A stretch of 64,000 nucleotides of DNA from an uncultured Actinomycetes bacterium (GTDB taxonomy: Bacteria > Actinomycetota > Acidimicrobiia > Spongiisociales > DATADW01): positions 62,001 to 126,000 of the forward strand of contig CAWGRK010000008.1 in NCBI GenBank assembly GCA_963824995.1, in the 5' to 3' direction. The position numbers were made by a program, and so were the translations under genes. How positions within the stretch are numbered: position 1 is the stretch's first letter; every line of letters begins with the position of its first letter. The notes beneath the pieces are model-generated. The model did not search any database. It was not told the DNA's origin and saw only the letters and a list, made by a program, of their open reading frames with translations. Positions 20,183 to 29,668 of the stretch are shown here, one piece after another.

Positions 20183-20481
20183 AACGGAAAATTCACGCCA
20201 TCCAATCGGACCGAATTCCGTGGGTTGGACCTGCGGCCGAGAAGTCGATGCCGCCACCCCTGATGAAACAGGGACTCGAGGCGATTGGGTCGTCACACCC
20301 ACCTCCATCGGTGCGGGACACGGATCGCCAAGGGAGCGCCAGCGGACAACGACTGGAGGGAGCCCGTCAAGGCTAGCCAACCTCGACCGCCGTCCGGCTG
20401 AGTCGGACCCCGAAGAGCCGAAGTCTGCGATCCGAATGTGCTCTGCAAGTCGGAACTCGGAACGGGTCTTAGCATCTAGGA

Positions 20482-23356
20482 GTGCCAGGGCGCGAGGATC
20501 ATGATCTGGCCGGGGTCGGGGTTGCTCGCAGGCGATTGCCTGGCGAGGAGTGGACTCGACGGGAGCGCAGCCTGCTTGTCGGCCGTGAGGTCGAGGTCGC
20601 GGTGCTGGCGGACTTTCTCGTGGCTGGGTCGTCAATGCCCCAAGGGCTTGTGATCGACGGTGAGGCGGGGATCGGGAAGACAACGCTCTTCGACGCAACG
20701 TTGACGAAGGCGAGGGAGCACGGTTTTGCCATCTTCTCGTGCCGTCCGGCGGCTGCCGAGGCGGCCTTTTCGTTTGCCGCCCTCGCCGATCTCTTGAGCC
20801 CGGTGTTGCCAGAGGGGCTAGGGCGGTTGCCGGGGCCGCAGCGTCGTGCGCTTGCGGCGGCTTTGTTGCTGGACGAGCTCGAGGGGTCGGCGCCGGATAA
20901 GAGAGCGATCGCGTTCGCCGTGTATCAGCTTCTCCGTGAGCGTGGCGGCTCACCGCTGCTTATTGCGGTGGATGACGTGCAGTGGCTCGATGCGGCGTCG
21001 GCTTCGGTACTTGCGTTCGCGCTTCGGCGGCTGGCGGCGGCACCGGCGGCGATTCTCGTCGCACGCCGAAGCAGCGGCGGCGAACCAGCTCCGCTCGGGC
21101 TCGATCGCACGCTTCCGAGCGAACAGCTGCGGCGGTTGCGGCTCGGCCCGCTGAGTCTCGGCGCGACTCATCGGTTGCTGCGCGAGCGTGTCGGTGTCTC
21201 ATTTCCTCGACCGACGCTTGTCCAGCTTCATGAGACGTCGGGCGGGAATCCGTTCTATGCGCTCGAGCTTGGGCGCGCGCTCGAGCAGTCGGGTGGGCGC
21301 GCGGGCGCCGGTGAGCGGCTGACGGTTGCGACGTCAATCTCCGGTCTCGTCTCGGCTCGCTTGGCGGCGCTGTCGAAGGACGTTCGCGAGGTGCTCGAGC
21401 CGGTTGCGTTACTCAGCCAGCCGACGGTCTCGATCGTCGAGGCCGTGGCATCAGACACCACGACCGTGCTCGGGCGGCTTCGCACCGCGGAGGCTGCGGC
21501 GGTCGTTGATCTCGATGACGAGCGTGTTCGTTTCAGCCACCCCCTTCTGGCTGCATGCGTCGAGGCGGAGCTCGACCCCCGCCGGCGGCGATCGCTCCAC
21601 CGCCGGCTCGCAGAGCTGGTCGGCGATCCCGAGCAGCGAGCGCGGCATCTTGCCCTGGGTGCGAACGGGCCGTCAGGCGAGGTGGCCAAACAACTGGAGA
21701 GCGCCTCGGCGATTGCGGCGCTGCGTGGGGCTTCAGTGGCCGCAGCCGAGCTGGCGGAGCTCTCGGTCTCGCTCACTCCAGGCGATGCCGGCGAGGAGGT
21801 CCTGCGCCGCCGGCAGCTGCTCGCGGCTGACCATCATTATGCGAGCGGGGATGCGGAACGCCCGCGTGCAATCCTCGAGCGGCTCCTCGACCAGCTCCCC
21901 GCCGGTTCCGAACGCGCGAAGGTGTTGCGGCGGCTCGGCGAGTACTCACCGAACGACCTCGAGAAGTCGGAGCGACTTCTCGAGCAGGCGTTCCTCGAGG
22001 CCGCCTCCGATCCTCGGCTGCAGGCGGAGATCGTCACGCCACGAGTGAGTACGGCGGCTCTTCGCCACGGGCCGGCGGCAGCCGTGCAGCTGGCGCGGAA
22101 CTTGGCTCGAGTCGTTGAAGACAGCGGCGATCCTGTCCTGCTCGCCATGTTTCTGGCGGAACTCAGCTTCTCGGAGCTGCTCTCCACTGAAGGTTTGACG
22201 CCGGGAGTGCTCGAGCGGGCGCTCGAGCTCGAGCAGCATGTGGGGCCGCTTCCGTCACCCACCACACCTACCTTGATCGACGGAGTCCGCCTGATGTTCG
22301 CAGACGAGCACACGTCGGCGCGCGAAACCCTGCAGCGGGCGCACGACGCCGCTGTAGCCCGCGGCTCCGAGTCCGGACGGGACCGTGCCTTGCAATTTCT
22401 GACCGTGCTCGAGTGCCGCGCTGGTGATTGGAGACGCGCCGACGAGTATGCCGAGGCAATTGCTCCAGGCGGGGGAACAGTGGGGCCTCGAGCTTGAGGG
22501 CGCGCCGACGCTGTGGCTCCGGGGCCTGGTTGATGCCTACCTCGGCCGCCTCGACCAAGCTCGAGCCCGCGCCACGGAAGGAGTTGCGCGCTCGCGCGCC
22601 TGGAACGAGCAGGCGTTCCTCGCGCGGAACCTCGCCGTGCTCGGCCTGATCGACCTGTTCACCGGCGACTATCCGGCAGCGGCGGAGACGTTGGGTCCGC
22701 TCGTTCGCCGGAGGCAGGAAAGCGGTGCGGGCGAGCCGAGCGGATTCCCGCCCCGGGAGCTCGCGATCGAGGCGCTGGTTGCGGTCGGCGACTTGGACGA
22801 GGCCCGCGTCCAACTCGAATGGCTGGAGGAAGCCGGGCGCCGCCGGGCGACTCTCTGGCCGCTGGCGATGGGGGCGCGCTGCCGGGGTCTCCTCCAAGCT
22901 GCCGAGGGCGACCTCGAAGCGGCGCTGGCAAGCTGCGAGCAAGCGCTGAAGGTGCATGAGCGGATGCCAGTGCCGTTCGAGCACGCTCGCACACTGCTCA
23001 TCTACGGCACGATCCTTCGTCGCGCCAAGCGGCGACATGCAGCAAGGGAGGCGATCGAGGAGGCGCTGTCGATCTTCGAGTCGCTCCCGGCACCGGTCTG
23101 GGCGGAAAAGGCGCGCGCCGAGCATGCCCGTATCGGTGGCCGTGCGGCGGCGGGCGGCGGATTAACGCCGAGCGAGCGGCGGATCGCGGAGGTTGTTGCG
23201 GAGGGCAAGACAAACAAGGAAGCCGCGGCGGCGCTGTTCATCAGCGTCCATACCGTCGAAGACGCCCTGAAACGGATCTACCGCAAGCTCGGAGTCCGTT
23301 CGCGCACCGAGATGTCGCGCCGGCTCAACGGCGACCCGCAGAGCAAAGACCCCTGA
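20482..23356 (+). CDS. LAL-type AAA ATPase / LuxR regulator (frameshift near 22465; start uncertain)
   Basis: LVGREVE, GEAGIGKTTL, VDDVQWLD, GGNPFYALEL, FSHPL; C-term LTPSERRIA..IYRKLGVRSR. Confidence 0.85.
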
Positions 23357-23368
23357 TTTCAGGTCTTT
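23346..23368. promoter_or_regulatory. Imperfect inverted repeat, candidate LuxR operator
   Basis: AAGACCCCTGA-TT-TCAGGTCTT overlapping the regulator stop, upstream of the 23402 operon. Confidence 0.4.
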
Positions 23369-23401
23369 CGGGGTGACCGCTGCTGGCCCAAGCTTCGAGC
23401 T

Positions 23402-23665
23402 ATGCCCGAATACCTGGTCGAGCTCTACTCAGCCGCCGAACCGGACCCGGCTGCGCTCGCCCGCCTCGGCGACGGATCGGCAGTCCGATACCTGCGCTCG
23501 ATCCTGATCCCGAGCGACGAGACATCGCTCCACCTGTTCGCAGCCGAGTCCGCCGAGCGCGTCGCCGAAGCGTTTGAGCAAGCCGGTCTGACGGCAAACC
23601 GGGTCGTGGCAGCCGTGAACCTGCCACCGCCTACGACCGTAGGCAAGCAAAGGAGGAAGACATGA
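23402..23665 (+). CDS. Small DUF4242-like ferredoxin-fold protein
   Basis: MPEYLVELY..VRYLRSILIPSDETSLHLF.AES pattern. Confidence 0.65.
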   Translation: MPEYLVELYSAAEPDPAALARLGDGSAVRYLRSILIPSDETSLHLFAAESAERVAEAFEQAGLTANRVVAAVNLPPPTTVGKQRRKT

Positions 23666-24105
23666 CCAAAATCAAGGCAATCCTCGGATGGCGCAGGGCC
23701 GTCGTGGCAACGGTCGTAAGCGTCGCGACCGGTGCGGCGCAGGCGTCCGCGTCGAGCGCGCCGATCGTGATCACGTACGAGAAAACGTGCATCGAAGCGG
23801 CCGGTACATGCAGTGGGACCACCGGAAACGGCGACACGCTGACGATGTTGGTTACGGGCGGGCGTCCCACCGGCAAGGCCGCCCAGCTGACTATGACCGA
23901 GTCGATCGTCGGAGAGATCACGTTCGCCGCCGTGCTGAGCGGGCATTTCACCCCTGCGGGGTTCATTGTCATGAACGGCACAGTCACAGGCGGCCCGCAT
24001 GCGGGGGCGCAGGTCCACCAGCGAAGCAACCTGACGGGCGTCAGCAGCGACGGAACCACGACGACTTCGGAGGGAGAGCTCCGGATCATGCCAGCGAGCT
24101 CGTGA
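23662..24105 (+). CDS. Secreted hypothetical protein
   Basis: RBS AAGGAGG; signal peptide ending AQA/ASA; ATGA overlap with upstream gene. Confidence 0.7.
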   Translation: MTKIKAILGWRRAVVATVVSVATGAAQASASSAPIVITYEKTCIEAAGTCSGTTGNGDTLTMLVTGGRPTGKAAQLTMTESIVGEITFAAVLSGHFTPAGFIVMNGTVTGGPHAGAQVHQRSNLTGVSSDGTTTTSEGELRIMPASS

Positions 24106-24679
24106 ACCGGGAGCATCGGCGCCACTCGGCCGTGGCCGGGGTTCGTCTTCGTCATTGAGCATGCCCGCGGGTCGACGGACCCGGTCAAAGACCAAGACAC
24201 CCCGGTCTACCCGACAGACCGGGTCATCGACAGAACCTCCTACACCGACCGATACGGGCTCCTGTTCGAGCGCCTGGCGCCGCGAGCGGCTCTACGACGC
24301 TGCCTGCCTCATTAGTACGGAGCGCAACAAGGGCATCCACAGCGAACCCGCACCCGAGGTTTCGACATACACCTGACGGCAGCAAATCTCTGGCCGAGTT
24401 GCCTCATCAAGGGCTTGCTGTAGGAGCCTGCCATAGGAACGGTTGTCGGGTGCCGGGGGAGTGGCAAAGCGGTCGGAGTGGTGACACGTTCCTGCTGAAC
24501 CTGGGTAGGAGTGCCGGTGCCGTTCGTGCCGGTGGGGATAATCGTGACTATCTGCCAGACGGTTGGGACGGTCGAGCCGGTGTAGAGGCGACAAGTAGCC
24601 GTGGTACTACGAGGTCGTGGACTCGGACGATGTTCGTGATCAGCGCCAACAAAGCCCCTGGTAGAGAAGCTAAAACGCC

Positions 24680-24717
24680 GGGCCTGTAGCTCAATTGGTA
24701 GAGCGGGGGACTTTTAA
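24680..24717 (+). repeat. tRNA-Lys(UUU) 5' half, copy 2
   Basis: 37/38 identical to the intact tRNA 5' half; ends at anticodon loop. Confidence 0.92.
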
Positions 24718-24900
24718 GCCCGTTGGCGTTACCGCTGAGCTAGACCGTGTTCTACCAGGCACTTCGCGATCCGTCGACAACCTTCTAGACGCGAATCCCT
24801 TGCTCTAGCGAAGCGGGCAAAGTCCCTTGCGCTTGGGTGCTTGGAATCCATTGCTCCTGCCCTCTGACCGGAGTCACGGTTGTGCTGGAGGTTGGAACCA
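24718..24900 (+). repeat. Conserved non-coding arm, copy 2
   Basis: Same blocks and spacing as copy 1, plus GTTGTGCTGGAGGTTGGAACC (24879-24899) shared with copy 3. Confidence 0.9.
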
Positions 24901-25011
24901 ACCGAGTGTCGCCGAGGATCAGGAGCTCAGCGATCCGAGAGCCTGAGTAGCTGAACGCCCCCGACCAGGTTCATCTCGGCGCGGCGCTCCTCATGATCCG
25001 TCGGACAGGGA

Positions 25012-25464
25012 TCAATCACCGATGCCGCGTGCCATCAACACTGCGAACGTCGGGACCAGCACGAGGATCGCCAACTGCAGGTTGATCATCCTGCGAGCCG
25101 ACCCAACCACTTGGTCCGACGGCAGGGCCGACGGGTCTTCGTCGAGGGCCTTGCGCCAGCGGGCGTATCGGATCGTGGGCATGATCGACAGCAGCGCGAC
25201 CGCCACGAACGCCGCCATCTTCAACCAGAACGTAGTGCTCTCGAGATAGAACTCGGCGGGCTTGGCGCCCCAGATGACACGCGCCACTCCCGCGATGATC
25301 ACCGCCACTGCGACGACGCCGTATGCGGCGTCGACCCGCCCCAGCCAGCGGATGTCAGCAGCTGCCATTCCCCGCCGCACAAGGGCCCACTCCGCGGCGA
25401 GCACTGCCACGAGGCTGAACACAGCGAGATGATGAGCTATGGCGAGCCAAGCGTCGGTTGTCAT
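25012..25464 (-). CDS. DUF2214 family membrane protein
   Basis: AIAHHL, DAAYG, GAKPAEFY, FWLKM, LSIMPTI, MARGIG; RBS AGGAGG. Confidence 0.88.
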   Translation of the reverse strand: MTTDAWLAIAHHLAVFSLVAVLAAEWALVRRGMAAADIRWLGRVDAAYGVVAVAVIIAGVARVIWGAKPAEFYLESTTFWLKMAAFVAVALLSIMPTIRYARWRKALDEDPSALPSDQVVGSARRMINLQLAILVLVPTFAVLMARGIGD

Positions 25465-26493
25465 TTGCGACCTCCTATTCGTCGACGTCAGGTCGTCCTC
25501 TGGACGCCTACGCCGTTTGGATCAACCCGACGGCAAGCGTGATGAGTGCGGCGGCAATGAGCAGCGCGCCTGTCCGCGTGAGGTTGGTGCCAGCCGAGGG
25601 CCCGTCGGACCGCCGTCCTCAACGGCTGGGAGCTGCGTGGCGGCGAGCCAACACAGGTACACCCCTGGCGCAGAACACCTGACCGTGGGCCACATCTGCA
25701 CATAGGCGACGCCAGCGGAGATGTCCAGCTCGCCGCCGACCCCGATGAGAGCGCGAAACTGCAAGCCGATGAACCCCACTCACGTAACCCCCTTTCCGAG
25801 GCCAGTGTCGCCGTTACAAACTGGGGCCTCTTCCGTGCGAGGGAATGTCAGCACCTCTCACATCCTGGGAAACGCCAAGAAATGACCTCTGACCAGGTAA
25901 ACGCGCCTCACAGCACTTGTGGGCAATACTTGGCCTTCGCATCTTCTCCGTGCGCCCGAGCGCGCCATCCGATTGAGAACGATTCTCAACCTGTAGCTCC
26001 TATATTTTGCGACCTGCGCACACCGCGTCCAGCGAGCAGAGGGGGTCGCACCAGCAGTGGTGCCCGCACCCTCGCTCGCCCCGTACTCTCTCCTACTGCC
26101 TGAATCACGAAGAGCACGCTGACGATGGCGAGACCGGCGGCTGAAACGAAGCAAACGATGGCGCCGACAAGGCCTGGCTCGGCCTCGAAGCCGAATCAGT
26201 GCGGACCTCATAGAACCTCCCACGCCGATCTCGGGTCAACCTACGCCGTCAATATCTCCCGAGCCGTTCTCCGAGGTCCGCCCTTTGTGGTTGGCTGACG
26301 CGGTTGCTAGCGACGCGGCGCACGTGTCCGAACCACAGCGCTCAGGCGTTGATTTGTTAGCTCACCTTGGGCTTCATGGTCGAAGCCTCCAGGCAAGCAG
26401 AGCCATCGCGGCGTTGCGGGCCGCAGATTCCTGCCAACACCTGCCCTGATCGGGGCTGTCGTCACCCCCGAGTCTCATGCTTTTCGACCACTG

Positions 26494-26502
26494 TGCTAAC
26501 TT
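26494..26502 (+). promoter_or_regulatory. Extended -10 promoter candidate upstream of tRNA half copy 3
   Basis: TG-C-TAACTT matches TGnTAnnnT, about 50 nt upstream of 26555. Confidence 0.4.
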
Positions 26503-26554
26503 CGCGGCAAGGATGGCTGGACGCTGAAGCGCCTGGTAGTCGGCCATTTTTTGC

Positions 26555-26591
26555 GGGTCCGTAGCTCAAAGGCAGAGCGGGGGACTTTTAA
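26555..26591 (+). repeat. tRNA-Lys(UUU) 5' half, copy 3 (divergent allele)
   Basis: GGGTCCG TAGCTCAAAGGCAGAGC GGGGGA CTTTTAA; different acceptor strand and D-loop, but still pairs with the resident 3' strand CGGGCCC. Confidence 0.88.
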
Positions 26592-26782
26592 GCCCGTTGG
26601 CGTTACCGCTGAGCTAAACCGCGTTCTACCAGGCACTTCTCGGTCAGTCGACGTCCGTCCATGCGCGAATCCCTTGCTCTACCGATGGGCGTGAAATCCC
26701 TGCGCTTGGGTCTGAGTGTCGACTGCACCGCACTTTGACCGGGGCCGCGTGCCAGCAAGTAGTTGTGCTGAAGGTTGGAACC
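26592..26782 (+). repeat. Conserved non-coding arm, copy 3
   Basis: 46/48 identical to each other copy in the first block; same 24-nt and 13-nt spacers. Confidence 0.9.
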
Positions 26783-26875
26783 GACATGGTCGTCGGTGTC
26801 GTCGGAACGGAGTGAGACCGCAGCTGGTGCTGACTATCGCGTGGCGGTGACCCTTCGTCCCAGCAATACGTTTGT

Positions 26876-27238
26876 GTGACGATGGCCAACAGACGGGTGG
26901 CCGGCGGTGTGCTGGTCGTGTTGATGGCTTCGGCTTGCACATCCACGGCCAGCTCTGACACGGCCACCAGCGTCGAAGAGTCACCGCCGCCTTCTACATC
27001 CGTGACGAGCTCCTCCTCGCCCGAGGCTTCCTCGGATCGACTAAAGGCGGCTACCGGCGAGATTGGCGGTCCAGGCTGTGAGCCTTCGTCCCCTGTGGTT
27101 GCCTGGGGCTACGGCCTCGCCGAGTCGGTGGCAACCTCGGCGGACCTCCACTGTATGGGCGCTCCTCTCCACCCTGTCGCCCCTCAGACCGGAGCGGAGG
27201 TCAAGATCGTGTGGGTCACGCTGCCACGGCGGCTTTAA
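26876..27238 (+). CDS. Putative lipoprotein (possibly truncated)
   Basis: Signal peptide with MASAC lipobox-like site and Ser/Thr-rich linker. Confidence 0.45.
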   Translation: MTMANRRVAGGVLVVLMASACTSTASSDTATSVEESPPPSTSVTSSSSPEASSDRLKAATGEIGGPGCEPSSPVVAWGYGLAESVATSADLHCMGAPLHPVAPQTGAEVKIVWVTLPRRL

Positions 27239-27303
27239 ACGTGAGATATGCTGCGAGGCCTTCAAAGGCCGTCGCTTCGGCGCAGTGAACGTGGAGGGGA
27301 CGA

Positions 27304-27585
27304 ATGGCGATCAAGTCAATCGTCGAAATGAAGGCGAAGCCCGGAAGGCGCGACGAGCTGTTGAGCACGCTGCAGCAGATGTCAGCCGTCGATGCGCCGG
27401 GCTTCATCGCCGCGGAGCACTACCGCAACGTCGAGGATGAAGACACCGTCATCGGTATCTACGACTGGAAGTCGAACGAGGAGCGTGTGGCCTGGTCACA
27501 GTCGCTCGACCCCGGTACGCGGGAACAGTTGCTGGAAGTGCTCGCAACGCCCATGCGCATCGTTCTGGCTGATCACATTGAATAG
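27304..27585 (+). CDS. Antibiotic biosynthesis monooxygenase (ABM) family protein
   Basis: EMKAKPGRRDEL, APGFI, IYDWKS; RBS GGAGGGG. Confidence 0.8.
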   Translation: MAIKSIVEMKAKPGRRDELLSTLQQMSAVDAPGFIAAEHYRNVEDEDTVIGIYDWKSNEERVAWSQSLDPGTREQLLEVLATPMRIVLADHIE

Positions 27586-27624
27586 ACACGACGGCACTGT
27601 CCCTTGTAGATAAGCCGAAACGCC

Positions 27625-27697
27625 GGGCCTGTAGCTCAATTGGTAGAGCAGGGGACTTTTAATCCCAAGGTCGTGGGTTCGATTCCCACCGGGCCCA
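27625..27697 (+). tRNA. tRNA-Lys(UUU)
   Basis: Full cloverleaf: GGGCCTG/CGGGCCC acceptor, anticodon loop CTTTTAA, T-arm GTGGG-TTCGATT-CCCAC; CCA not encoded. Confidence 0.97.
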
Positions 27698-27908
27698 CTC
27701 CCCTGACCAGGCACTTCTACCCGATGCAACCACTCCGGCATCGCCTCCGAGGCGTCACGGGCGACACTCTCGACGACAAAGACAGTCTCGCCACCTGGAT
27801 TGGGCGATCTGGCGTCGCCGCTGCTGGCGTAGCGAATGGTGCGATCCGTCAGGCGATCACCGGATTGCGACGACGCACCGCAGGCAGAACTGGTGCATCA
27901 TGTGCCAC

Positions 27909-28292
27909 ATGCAGCGGGTAGTCGGCATCGGCGGGATTTTCTTCAAAGCGGCGGATCCAGCGACGCTCAGCCAGTGGTACGCCACCCACCTTGGGATCGA
28001 TCCGCCACCACAGTCGTACGAAGAGCCGGTCTGGTTTCAGGCAGGTGGCCCCACCGTCTTCGCACCGTTCGCGTCCGAGGATGGCGACAACCCCTATCTG
28101 GGGCCCACCGGCTGGGGCATCAACTTCCGCGTGTCCGACCTCGATGCAGTGGTCGCCCAGCTTCGATCGGCGCAGGTCGAGGTCGAGGTCGACGGCGAGG
28201 TGTACCCGAACGGGCGCTTCGCCCAGTTGCACGACCCCGAGGGCAACGCAATCCAGCTCTGGGAACCCAGCGACCCCGAGCCGTCAGCCTGA
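27909..28292 (+). CDS. VOC/glyoxalase family protein
   Basis: RVVGIGGIFFKA, INFRVSDLD, GRFA..DPEGNAIQLWEP. Confidence 0.88.
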   Translation: MQRVVGIGGIFFKAADPATLSQWYATHLGIDPPPQSYEEPVWFQAGGPTVFAPFASEDGDNPYLGPTGWGINFRVSDLDAVVAQLRSAQVEVEVDGEVYPNGRFAQLHDPEGNAIQLWEPSDPEPSA

Positions 28293-28311
28293 GCTACGGG
28301 TTGGTGGTGCA

Positions 28312-29449
28312 TTGGCAGCCGGCGATAACGACAGGAATCGCGACATCGCCGAGCCGTACCCGCCGATCGAGCCATACGACCAAGGGATGCTCGACGTGGG
28401 CGACGGCAACCTCGTCTACTGGGAAACCTCGGCCAACCCGGAGGGCAAGCCGGCGCTGGTCGTCCACGGTGGCCCTGGCTCCGGCTCCGGGCCGGGAAAT
28501 CGCCGCTTCTTCGATCCCAAGCGCTACCGGGTAATCCTCTTCGACCAGCGTGGGTGCGGGGGCAGCACACCGCACGCCAGCGACCCGGCCACCGACATGG
28601 GCGTGAACACCACCGAGCACCTCCTCGCCGACATGGAGCGGCTGCGTCAGCACCTGGGGATCGAGCGGTGGCTGCTGTACGGAGGATCATGGGGATCGAC
28701 GCTGATCCTCGCCTACGCCGAGCGCCACCCCGAAAAGGTGTCGGAGATCGTCATTCCTGGGGTCACCATGACCCGCCGGTCCGAAGTCGACTGGCTCTAT
28801 CGGGGTGTCGGCCGCTTTTTCCCCGAGGCGTGGGAGCGGTTTCGGGCCGGCCTGCCGGAGGCCGACCGCGGTGGCGACCTCGTCGCCGCCTACGCCCGGC
28901 TGATGGAGGCACCAGACGCTGATGTTCGGGGCAAGGCGGTGGCCGACTGGCTCGAGTGGGAAGACGCCGTCATCTCGCACGAACCGCACGGGACACCGAA
29001 CGCCTATAGCTCCCGTCCCCTTGCGGCGCAGATCGCCTTCGTCCGGATCTGCGCCTGGTATTTCTCCCACGGCGCCTGGCTGGAGGAGGGGGCGCTGCTG
29101 CGCGAGGCGGGCCGCCTCGCCGGCATCCCGGGCGTTCTGATCCATGGTCGCCTGGATATGGGATCCCCGGTTGGTACGGCCTGGGAGCTGGCCCGCGCCT
29201 GGCCGGACGCGCGGGCTGGTGGTGGTCGACGACTCCGGGCACACCGGAAGCGAGACGATGAGGACCGCGATCCTCGACGCCCTCAACGAGTTCGCCCGAC
29301 GGCTGACTCAAGTTCCAAGTCACCACGCCGGGCCCCTCGCTGGCAGACGGAAGCGACGGAGAGAGGGAGCTGGTCACCGCACCGTTTCCCTCTGTCGCGT
29401 CCGTACCGACCCTCCCGCTGAGCGGTGGAGGTCCGAAGACTCACCGTAA
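28312..29449 (+). CDS. pip: Prolyl aminopeptidase (frameshift near 29212; ends approximate)
   Basis: PPIEPY, HGGPG, FDQRGCG, GGSWG nucleophile, HGRLD; catalytic His (SGH) in a second frame. Confidence 0.85.
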
Positions 29450-29668
29450 GACGGGCAGCACGCCGTTCGACAAGGGACCATGACGTTTACTGATGGAGCC
29501 TGACGGCTCAACGAAGACCTAGGTGAGGAGCCTGGAGGGAAGTCCTATCTATCGGCACTGCCGTAAACCCGGGACCGCCAACCGGTCGGGTAGCTTCCTA
29601 CGGTGGCTGAGGTCGCGGTCGTCCTGTGAGTACGGGGGCGATTTCCATCGGACGGACACGGTTCGGTC

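Larger units (their letters stand above)
20053..24717. mobile_element. Putative integrase-less cassette 1 (4665 bp) integrated at tRNA-Lys
   Basis: Bounded by arm copy 1 and tRNA half copy 2; cargo is a LAL regulator plus two small genes. Confidence 0.7.
24718..26591. mobile_element. Putative integrase-less cassette 2 (1874 bp)
   Basis: Bounded by arm copy 2 and tRNA half copy 3; carries a DUF2214 gene. Confidence 0.7.
26592..27662. mobile_element. Putative integrase-less cassette 3 (1071 bp)
   Basis: Bounded by arm copy 3 and the 5' half of the intact tRNA-Lys. Confidence 0.7.

Noticed and set aside
20053..20260. Group I intron interrupting tRNA-Lys in the anticodon loop
   Set aside because: No matching 3' exon (TCCCAAGGTCGTGGGTTCG..) follows any of the three halves at intron distance, and no P7-like core was recognised
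20015..27697. CRISPR array or simple tandem duplication
   Set aside because: Intervals are 1-4.7 kb of unrelated genes, repeats are tRNA-derived, and there are no cas genes
27496..27921. ORFs overlapping tRNA-Lys (also 20012-20263 and the N-terminal extension 48859-49104)
   Set aside because: Translations of tRNA sequence, not real proteins
29560..29605. Hairpin upstream of the ZIP-like transporter as a metal riboswitch
   Set aside because: No recognisable NiCo, yybP or M-box consensus; GC-rich pairing is expected by chance
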